From an uncultured Saccharospirillaceae bacterium (lineage in GTDB: Bacteria > Bacteroidota > Bacteroidia > Flavobacteriales_D > CAJJDF01), in assembly GCA_950054195.1 (NCBI GenBank), contig CATLPG010000010.1:622-64621 (forward strand): a stretch of 64,000 bases of DNA, written 5' to 3'. The position numbers and the translations under genes are program-made. The first letter of the stretch is position 1. Every line of letters starts with the position of its first letter. This document shows positions 39,453 through 48,000 of the stretch, piece after piece. Below the pieces are notes generated by a model, which saw only the letters and a list, made by a program, of their open reading frames with translations, was not told where the DNA came from and ran no database searches.

Positions 39453-40325
39453 ATGGACGAAAAGTATAGTATCAATCAAATAGAAATTTTATCAGGTATC
39501 AAATCTCACACTTTAAGGATATGGGAGAAGCGATATCAGATTATTGTGCCTAAAAGAACAGAAACTAATTTTAGATACTATGATGAAAAAGATCTTAAAA
39601 AGGTATTAAACATTGCTTTTTTAAACCAAAACGGTTACAAAATTTCTAAAATTGCTGCTCTATCGGAAGATCAATTGGTAAAAGAGGTTCAAGAATTTTA
39701 TTCCAATTCTTCGGAAGAAGTTGACACTAACCTTCTCTTAACAAAGGCTCTAATTGCTTTTGACCTAGATAGTTTCCAAGGAATTTTCAACTCCTATAGA
39801 AGCAAACACGATTTTGAAACTACTATTACTAATTTGGTAGTACCTTTCTTTGAAAGAATAGGTATTTTATGGCAAACAAATAAAATTTGTCCAGCTCAAG
39901 AACATTTATTCTCTCAGTTCTTCAAACAAAAATTGATGTATGAGATCGAAAAAATTGATGCAAAAAATAACAAGCCTAAAGTTTTAATTTATCTACGAGA
40001 AAATGAGTATCACGAATTAGGACTGCTTGTTTATCATTATATTTTGAGAAAAAAAGGGTATGAAGTTTTTAACCTAGGAGCTTCAGTTCCATTAGAAAGC
40101 TTAATTAAAGCAACAAAATCTATTAAACCTTCAATAATAATTTCATCATTTATTTCCTACACGAATAATGAAACATTTACTGAATATTTCGATCAGTTAA
40201 AAGCTAATATAGGATCTAACTATAAATTCTTATTTAGTGGCAATACTACTGTACTAAATGAATGTAATACTGATAATTCTTACGAAGTAATTGATAATTT
40301 GCCAAGTTTTTACGACCTTTTGTAA
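39453..40325 (+). CDS. MerR-family, cobalamin-binding light-responsive regulator (CarH/LitR type)
   Basis: N-terminal MerR HTH 'YSINQIEILSGIKSHTLRIWEKRY'. W-x9-EH motif 'WQTNKICPAQEH' (W140 at 39870). B12-binding 'EYHELG' (ExHxxG, His187 at 40011) in a Rossmann-like C-terminal domain. Confidence 0.75.
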   Translation: MDEKYSINQIEILSGIKSHTLRIWEKRYQIIVPKRTETNFRYYDEKDLKKVLNIAFLNQNGYKISKIAALSEDQLVKEVQEFYSNSSEEVDTNLLLTKALIAFDLDSFQGIFNSYRSKHDFETTITNLVVPFFERIGILWQTNKICPAQEHLFSQFFKQKLMYEIEKIDAKNNKPKVLIYLRENEYHELGLLVYHYILRKKGYEVFNLGASVPLESLIKATKSIKPSIIISSFISYTNNETFTEYFDQLKANIGSNYKFLFSGNTTVLNECNTDNSYEVIDNLPSFYDLL

Positions 40326-40334
40326 AATTGGTCT

Positions 40335-40823
40335 ATGAAAAGTCTTGCCATATGCTTATTTGCTATAGTGATTAACACTCTTAGTTACTGTCAAACAATA
40401 GAGCTTAATGAAATAAGACAAAAATACAATCAGGTTAATGGGGATATTGATAAAGCCAAAACTCTATTTGACCGACTTGATAAAAAAAATGATAAAAACT
40501 CAGTAGAAAAAGCATACTTAGGTGTTATTAAATCTATAATAGCAGATTCATTTTACAATCCATTTAACAAATATTCTTGGTTTATTGATGGAAAAAAAAG
40601 TATAGAGAGCTCTGTCAAAAACTCACCTACAGATCCAGAAATTCGATTTTTAAGATTATCAGTTCAATATAAAGCACCTAAATTTTTAGGCTACTATAAT
40701 AATATCAAAGAAGATACAATCATCGTATTAAAATCTGCCAAATACTTCAAGGAGATTGGTATTTATGAGCCTGTAAAAGAATTCATTGTTAAAGAAATGA
40801 AGCTTTCTGATATTAGCTTCTAG
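40335..40823 (+). CDS. hypothetical secreted protein
   Basis: 162 aa with a signal peptide, starting 9 nt after the regulator gene. No family recognised. Confidence 0.45.
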   Translation: MKSLAICLFAIVINTLSYCQTIELNEIRQKYNQVNGDIDKAKTLFDRLDKKNDKNSVEKAYLGVIKSIIADSFYNPFNKYSWFIDGKKSIESSVKNSPTDPEIRFLRLSVQYKAPKFLGYYNNIKEDTIIVLKSAKYFKEIGIYEPVKEFIVKEMKLSDISF

Positions 40824-40889
40824 TTTTTATTCCCCGCTATTTTTTTAATCTCACTGTACAAAAACAGCTAAACTCTTGATCTCAAAATT

Positions 40890-40928
40890 AATTTTGTTTA
40901 AATTTAACATATGTATAGTTAAACAAAA
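40890..40928. promoter_or_regulatory. candidate operator site 2 (ATTTTGTTTAA-N17-TTAAACAAAAT) upstream of the photolyase operon
   Basis: Perfect 11-bp inverted arms with a 17-nt spacer, 103 nt upstream of the ATG at 41032. Confidence 0.5.
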
Positions 40929-41031
40929 TAGCGTTTATTAGTTTAACCTAGCATTTAATCTAAAAACAATAGGCTAAGCTTTCAATTTTAAAATTAAAAT
41001 CTGCTGGATATAGTCCAAAAAAAGAGTCAAT

Positions 41032-41520
41032 ATGAGTAACATAACATTCACAAATTCATCTGGTATATATCAACTAAAGGCTGAACAATACTTACCTATA
41101 TCAAAGATTGAGGCTTGGGATTTTTTAGTGAACCCTAAAAATCTTCCTGTAATCACTCCTCCCCACATGAATTTTGAAATTACTTCCCCTTACACGGAAG
41201 AAAAAATTTATGCTGGCCAAATAATCACCTACAAAGTATCGCCATTTAAAGGGTTCCGATCAAATTGGGTAACAGAAATCACAGAAGTTGTTAACGGAGA
41301 GTATTTTATTGATGAGCAACGCTTTGGACCTTATGCTATGTGGCACCATGAACACATGATTACCGAAAAAGATAACGGTGTAAACATGGTTGATATCATC
41401 TCTTACAAACCTCCTTTTGGCTTTATTGGTGCCTTAATGGAGCCAATAGTTATAAGAAAACAGCTTAAACAAATATTTGAGTTTAGAGAAAAAAAGCTAA
41501 ATGAATTATTTCCTGCGTAG
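41032..41520 (+). CDS. SRPBCC family protein
   Basis: 162 aa with size and pattern ('FRSNWVTEITEV...YFIDEQRFGPYAMWHHEH') typical of SRPBCC/COG4276 proteins found in flavobacterial photolyase clusters. Confidence 0.55.
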   Translation: MSNITFTNSSGIYQLKAEQYLPISKIEAWDFLVNPKNLPVITPPHMNFEITSPYTEEKIYAGQIITYKVSPFKGFRSNWVTEITEVVNGEYFIDEQRFGPYAMWHHEHMITEKDNGVNMVDIISYKPPFGFIGALMEPIVIRKQLKQIFEFREKKLNELFPA

Positions 41521-43067
41521 TGAAAAACAAAAAAACATATAAAAAAATTCGTTTGATTCTAGGCGATCAACTAAACAGCTTTCATAGTTGGTTTAGCGAA
41601 ACGAATGATGATATTTTATATGTGTTGATGGAGTTAAAAAGTGAACAAGAATACGTAACTCATCATATTCAAAAAGTTTCTGCGTTTTTTGCTGCTATGA
41701 GGGATTTCTCAAATCAGTTAAAAGAAAAGGGGCATCACGTCCACTATATTAAAATAACGGATGAAGATAGTAAGCTTTCGTTTACAGAAAACCTAATTAC
41801 TTTAGCTAAAAAACATAATGCAGAAGCAATTGATTATCAAAAACCAGACGAATATCGTTTAGATCAAAAATTAGGTGAGCTAAAGAATGAAAACTATAAA
41901 ACAACTGTTTTTGATACCAAACATTTTATCACCGAAAGAAATGAGCTTACCGAATTTTTTAAAAACAAAAAACAGCTCCTTCTAGAAAACTTTTATCAAC
42001 ACCTTCGAAAAAAACACAACATTTTAGTATCTGGAAAAGGTGAGCCAGAAGGTGGTCAATGGAATTTTGACAAGCAAAACAGAAAAAAGCTTCCTAAAAA
42101 TCATAATGTAACTCATTTGCGAGCTTTTGAAAATGATGTTTCTGATGTACTTAAAGATGTAAAATCTGCAAAAATTAAATTCTTTGGTAAAGAAGAAGTC
42201 AAAATAAAATATCCCATAAACAGAGAACAATCTCTAAGGATGTTGAATGATTTTATTAAAAATGGATTGCAAAACTTTGGCTCTTTCCAAGATGCCATGC
42301 ATACCGATCATTGGAGGCTTTACCATTCCCTACTTTCTTTTTCTTTAAACACCAAGCAAATTAGTCCAAAAGAAGTGATTGATAAAACAGTAGATTTTTA
42401 TCATTCTAACGAATCGAATGTAGAAATCAAGCAAGTTGAAGGATTTGTAAGACAAATACTAGGTTGGAGGGAATATGTTAGAGGCGTTTATTGGAAAGAA
42501 ATGCCAAGTTATAAAAAAGAGAACTTTTTAAAGCTCAAAGAAGATTTACCTACTTTTTATTGGGATGGAAATACAAAAATGAACTGTTTAAAGCACAGCA
42601 TCAACCAATCACTTGATTACAGTTACGCTCACCACATTCAACGGTTAATGGTTACAGGTAACTTTGCACTTTTGGCAGGTGTACATCCCGATCAAGTAGA
42701 CGAATGGTACCTTGGCATTTATGCTGATGCTTTAGAGTGGGTACAATTGCCAAATACCCGAGGGATGAGTCAATTCGCTGACGGAGGAATACTTGGTACA
42801 AAGCCTTATGTTTCGTCTGCTAACTACATTAATAAAATGAGTAATTATTGTGCCGATTGTTATTACTCAAAAACAAAAACTTACGGAGATAAAGCATGCC
42901 CATTTAATTCTTTATACTGGAATTTTATTGATCAACACGAAGATAAATTAAGTAATAACCCAAGAATGGGAATGATGTATTCCCTTTGGGGCAAAAGAGA
43001 ACAAGAAGAAAAAACAAAAATATTAGAACAAGCAAACGAGTATTTAACCAATATTAATGAGCTATGA
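41520..43067 (+). CDS. cryptochrome/photolyase family protein, FeS-BCP/CryPro class ((6-4) photolyase-like, COG3046)
   Basis: 515 aa with a GTG start overlapping the previous stop. The N-terminus 'IRLILGDQL' is typical of the class. The four-Cys pattern is C356-x87-C444-x2-C447-x12-C460 (codons at 42585, 42849, 42858, 42897). Confidence 0.75.
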   Translation: MKNKKTYKKIRLILGDQLNSFHSWFSETNDDILYVLMELKSEQEYVTHHIQKVSAFFAAMRDFSNQLKEKGHHVHYIKITDEDSKLSFTENLITLAKKHNAEAIDYQKPDEYRLDQKLGELKNENYKTTVFDTKHFITERNELTEFFKNKKQLLLENFYQHLRKKHNILVSGKGEPEGGQWNFDKQNRKKLPKNHNVTHLRAFENDVSDVLKDVKSAKIKFFGKEEVKIKYPINREQSLRMLNDFIKNGLQNFGSFQDAMHTDHWRLYHSLLSFSLNTKQISPKEVIDKTVDFYHSNESNVEIKQVEGFVRQILGWREYVRGVYWKEMPSYKKENFLKLKEDLPTFYWDGNTKMNCLKHSINQSLDYSYAHHIQRLMVTGNFALLAGVHPDQVDEWYLGIYADALEWVQLPNTRGMSQFADGGILGTKPYVSSANYINKMSNYCADCYYSKTKTYGDKACPFNSLYWNFIDQHEDKLSNNPRMGMMYSLWGKREQEEKTKILEQANEYLTNINEL

Positions 43068-44347
43068 AAAAGATTAAAACAGGTTTAGTTTGGTTTAGAA
43101 ACAACCTACGTTTGGATGATAATCCAGCACTAAATAGAGCATTAGAGCTATGCGAATATGTACTACTCGTTCATGTGTACGACACTCGAACTTTTGAAAA
43201 ACAACAATTTAATATTGATAGAATTGGCGGACATAGAATGCGGTTTTTATTTCAATCTGTGGAAGACTTATCTCAAAACCTAAGAGATAACAATCTTTAC
43301 CTTCACACCGCTTATGACAACCCTATTAATTATATCAAAAAGCTAGTTTCGGAGTACCATGTTACCGATATTTTTACTCAAAAAGAAGCTGGCTATGAAG
43401 AAATGATTGACGAGAAAGAAATAAAAAGAATAGCCAATCTTCATCTCTTCGAATCTTCAACACTTTTTTGTAAAGAAGACTTAGGGTTTTCTATTGATCA
43501 ACTTCCGAAAGATTTTACTTCTTTTAGAAAAAAAGTTGAAAAACAAGGTTTTTTAAATCCTCCTGTTGATTTTGAAAGGCATGATGCCTATTCAATAGAA
43601 GTTCCTGATGAAAAATATTTGTATAAGTTTTCACATCTTATGATAAACCCTCATCGAAAAACAGTTTATCCTTTTACAGGCGGGGAAACAATGGGAAATG
43701 AACGATTAAAGCATTTTATTTGGGAAGATCGAGCCATTGATACGTATAAAAAAACTAGAAACAACTTAATTGGATCTAACTATTCTTCTAAATTTTCTCC
43801 TTGGCTTGCTAATGGAAGCATTAGCCCTAAAAGAATTTGGTTAGAGATTAGTCAGTACGAACAAATAGTTAATAAAAACCAATCAACCTATTGGTTGAAA
43901 TTTGAGCTCCTTTGGAGAGAGTTTTTTAAATGGGTAGCCTACAAACACCCAACTAAATTCTATCTAAAAAACGGATTTTCTAAAAAACCAATTGATACAG
44001 CCACTGAAAATGAAAACTTTACTCTTTGGAAAAATGGAAAAACAGCTAATGAGTTTATAAATGCCAACATAAATGAACTTAACTTAACAGGTTTTATGAG
44101 TAACAGGGGAAGACAAATAGTTGCCTCATACCTTATTTATGATCTTCATGTAGATTGGAGGCTTGGTGCTGCTTATTTTGAAAAAATGCTCATTGATTAT
44201 GATACAAATTCTAACTACGGTAATTGGACATACATAGCTGGTGTTGGAAATGATCCTAGAGGAGGCAGACATTTTAATATAGAAAAGCAACGATCACAAT
44301 ACGACCCTAATGGTGAGTACACACTACTATGGGCTGATGCTAAATAA
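43064..44347 (+). CDS. DASH family cryptochrome
   Basis: 427 aa. 'GLVWFRNNLRLDDNPAL' and the C-terminal 'NWTYIAGVGNDPRGGRHFNIEKQRSQYDPNGEY'. Overlaps the upstream gene by 4 nt. Confidence 0.8.
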   Translation: MKKIKTGLVWFRNNLRLDDNPALNRALELCEYVLLVHVYDTRTFEKQQFNIDRIGGHRMRFLFQSVEDLSQNLRDNNLYLHTAYDNPINYIKKLVSEYHVTDIFTQKEAGYEEMIDEKEIKRIANLHLFESSTLFCKEDLGFSIDQLPKDFTSFRKKVEKQGFLNPPVDFERHDAYSIEVPDEKYLYKFSHLMINPHRKTVYPFTGGETMGNERLKHFIWEDRAIDTYKKTRNNLIGSNYSSKFSPWLANGSISPKRIWLEISQYEQIVNKNQSTYWLKFELLWREFFKWVAYKHPTKFYLKNGFSKKPIDTATENENFTLWKNGKTANEFINANINELNLTGFMSNRGRQIVASYLIYDLHVDWRLGAAYFEKMLIDYDTNSNYGNWTYIAGVGNDPRGGRHFNIEKQRSQYDPNGEYTLLWADAK

Positions 44348-44758
44348 ATGATAGTTAAAACAACATATTTTGATAAAAAAACCCAAGAAGCTATTATAGC
44401 AAAAGTTGGAAAACCTTTTTCTCCTTTAGATGTAATAAAGAAAGGGATGATTGGTTCTTCACGGATGATTATTAAAGACTATAGCCAAGGATTTGACGCT
44501 TTTATAAATAAAAACATGGACTTAACCTATGCCAGTATTGGGTTAAGACCAAAAGGCATCATTGTTATACTCTCCAAATCTTACTTTAATTTGAGCTGGG
44601 TAATTTCTTACCATCACCTTTCCATTTACAAAACAGATGTATTAAGTATTCATGCTGAAGGTGAATTTTTGAAACTCCAAATCAAAAAAAAGCAAAACAA
44701 AAAGCTTATCGAAAAAATACTGCTATACAAATCAAAATACATGAATAGTGATGTTTAA
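44348..44758 (+). CDS. hypothetical protein (photolyase operon member)
   Basis: 136-aa ORF starting on the nucleotide after the cry-DASH stop. Overlaps the next gene by 11 nt. Confidence 0.45.
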   Translation: MIVKTTYFDKKTQEAIIAKVGKPFSPLDVIKKGMIGSSRMIIKDYSQGFDAFINKNMDLTYASIGLRPKGIIVILSKSYFNLSWVISYHHLSIYKTDVLSIHAEGEFLKLQIKKKQNKKLIEKILLYKSKYMNSDV

Positions 44759-45014
44759 ACCTAGAGAAATAGACCGTATCATAGAAATGGCATGGGAAGA
44801 TCGCACCACTTTCGATGCGATAGAATATCAATTTGGCATTGATGAATCTGGGGTTATTGAACTCATGCGAAAACACCTCAAACCAAAAAGTTTCAAACGC
44901 TGGCGGAAAAGAGTTACTAACCGAAAAACTAAACATCGAGCTAAACGAGATTTTACAGTTGGTAGATTTAAATGTAGTAGACAAAAAACTATTTCTAACA
45001 ACAAGTACAGCTAA
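44748..45014 (+). CDS. TIGR03643/DUF2805-like small protein (photolyase-associated family)
   Basis: 88 aa. 'EIDRIIEMAWEDRTTFDAIEYQFGIDESGVIELMRKHLKPKSFKRWRKRV' matches my recollection of this family, which is typically encoded beside photolyase genes. Confidence 0.55.
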   Translation: MMFKPREIDRIIEMAWEDRTTFDAIEYQFGIDESGVIELMRKHLKPKSFKRWRKRVTNRKTKHRAKRDFTVGRFKCSRQKTISNNKYS

Positions 45015-45037
45015 CCTCTTATTTAACTGAATTTCTG

Positions 45038-45045
45038 TATCTTTG
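45038..45045 (+). promoter_or_regulatory. candidate -7 box (TAnnTTTG) upstream of the giant adhesin gene
   Basis: TATCTTTG lies 20 nt upstream of the ATG at 45066. No clear -33 element. Confidence 0.35.
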
Positions 45046-45065
45046 CCTTTACCAGCTGAATACCT

Positions 45066-48000
45066 ATGAACAAACTCATCTATACCCTTGCGGTATTTTT
45101 TATTTGTATTACCTCCTATGGAGCTGATTACTATTGGGTAAATGGCTCGGGCACTTGGACAGATGCTGCTGGTCACTGGGCAACCACGTCTGGCGGAACT
45201 ACAATGCATTTAGCTCCTCCAACAATTAGTGATGATGTTTATCTTGACTCCAACTCATTTTTAACTACAGGACAAACAGTTACCATTAATACAAAAGCTT
45301 ATTGTAAAAACTTTTTTGCTGCTAATGCTATAAATAACGCTACACTAACAAGTGGTGTCGATTCCTTAATTATTTATGGAAGTTTTATACTTAACAACAA
45401 CATTAACCTTAGCATTTCTCAACCACTTCTTTTTAAATCTAGTGGAGGTTCAGATACGATACATACACTTGGCAAAACAATTAATAGCGACATAATCATC
45501 GAAGGTGCATCCATATTTGTACTTACCTCTAACCTTAATTTATCGGGTAATTTAGTATTTAAACAAGGAACAATTGAAGTCAATAACTTTGATTTAACCT
45601 GCCATAATTTTAATGGAAATTTCATTATCCCTAAAACACTAACTCTCACAACAGGAAACATCAACTTAACAGGTGATGGTAATGCTTGGAATATAACCAA
45701 TACTAGTTTCACCCTAAATCAAGGTACTTCAACCTTAAATTTTAATTATACTGGTGCAAACTCAGTTATTTTTTCTCCTGCAGGCTTCACTTATAATAAT
45801 ATAGTTTTTAATTCTTCAAATAATGTTTTTTCATCTGGAGGAACATACAATAGCCTAACCTTTTCAGCGGGTAGTAAAACAACATTTCCTGCATTAGAAA
45901 TTCAAGTAATTGGTAGCATTAATGCCAACGGTACTTGTGGGGAACATATCATTTTTAATAGCAGCTCAACTACTCCCGCTATTTGGATTGGAACGGGGAC
46001 ACATGTCTTAAACTACCTCAGTATAAGCAATATTCAAGCGAGTGGAACTGCTTTTAATGCAAACAATTCTTTTGATGATGGCAATAACACGGGCATTACC
46101 TTTACCGATATTGCAGATAACAGTGATTTTTATTGGATTGGAGGAAATGGCGATTGGCACGATCCTGCTCATTGGTCTAACAGCTCTGGAGGAGCTTCGA
46201 ATGGATGTATACCTGGCCCTAATAACAACGTTTTTTTTGATGGAAACTCTGGATTTACAGTAGGCGGAGTTACTCTCAATAGAAATGCGTACTGTAATTC
46301 CATGGATTGGACAGGAGTATCTGGAACACCTCAACTAACTATTGGAAACGCCAAAACATTAAAACTAAAAGGCAGCTTTTTGTTAGCGGCTAATGTTTCT
46401 CCTAACATAGATGGAACTGTAGAGTTTTACTCTGGAAATTATGCTTCTGTTAATACTTTTAACAAGCAACTAAATGGAACATTAATCTTCAAAAAGACAA
46501 ATACTGCTAGCATCATATCAGATATCTTAACAGCCAGTATTCGTCACGAATCGGATAGTTTAGTATTTAATGGTAATAACATTACAATTAACAGCTATGT
46601 TTCAAACACTTCAACAAACAGGGTATTAAGTATAGCTAACAGTAACATAAAGCTTTTAGGTTCTGATACCGTTTGGCAAATATCACCAAGTAACTTCACT
46701 TATATTGACAGTTTTTCTACTATTTCTATTGAATCAGACACGAACTTAGTTGCTAGCTTTTATGGCGGAAATCAAACCTATGAATCGCTTATCATAAATC
46801 ATATTAATGCAGAAATACTAGATACAAATACATTCAACTACCTAGAAATTAAAAAAGGAAAAACGTTAGCAATAGAATCTGACGTTACACAAACAGTCGA
46901 CTCCCTAGTAGCTGTTGGTTCATGTGATTCTATTATAACTCTCCAATCCACATCTAACTTATTTACTCCTGCAAGAATCCAAAAACTAGGATATGACACA
47001 CTCTTTGTAGATTATTGTAACATAATAAACATTGATGCAGTAATTACTGGAAACGAAGCTTACTACACAAGAAACACCAACTTACAAAATAGTACCGTCA
47101 ATTGGTATGATTCTATCCCAACAACTTCAAACACGTATTATTGGGTTGGCAATGGAGGAGATTGGAGCGATGTAAATCATTGGTCACTGCTACCAGGAGG
47201 GCCTTCTGCTGGCTGTTTACCTACTGCAAAAGATACAATTATATTTGACTTATTATCCATTACTACTACTGGACAAGTAGTGATTTTAGATGTTGATGCT
47301 TCTTGTGCAAAAATAGATTTTACATTACTTGCAAATCCTTTAATCATTGATTTTAGAAGGGATTTAAACGTCTCCTTTGAAGCCAACCTTCATCCAAATT
47401 TAACCTGTACACGAAACAACAGTTTTTCGGCTATTTACTTCGTAACTGATTCCACGAATGGAATTTTCAACCCTGCAGATGCTTCACTAGATTTAGGGTT
47501 TATTTTTATTGGAGCTACCTTAACCGATACGCTTACACTCACAAGTAATCTTGATCTTGGAAATTTTGGAGTTTTTATTATCTCTAAAGGAACATTTATA
47601 AGTGAAGCCGCTGAATTAATTGCTAATTCCTTTAATTTATTTACAGACAATCCTAAAAACATTTTCTTAAATAGCACTTTTCTTTCTTTGTACTCTGGGG
47701 TAGATGCCCGTTTCTTAACCAACACTACATTTGATGCTGGAACTTCTAACATTTTTATAGAGGGGTCTTTAGGAAATGATTATTTTTATGGAAACGGTTT
47801 TAATTACCACAACTTGGAAATCAACCATGTTGCCTCAACAACCTTTTTAAGCGGAAGTAATACGTTCAATAAACTTAATATTTCAGCTGGTATTGAGCTT
47901 CAAGTGGAAAATGGAAGTGCACAAACCATCAATGATTCGTTACTTTTAGAAGGAACATGTTACGACAGTATTTCTATTTTCTCTGATAATGCTGGAGTTC

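Noticed and set aside
44706-45209. 167-aa minus-strand ORF spanning the TIGR03643-like gene, the intergenic promoter region and the start of the giant gene
   Set aside because: It overlaps three well-supported plus-strand genes. It has no recognisable motif and an odd Cys/Arg-rich composition, so it is most likely a chance ORF.
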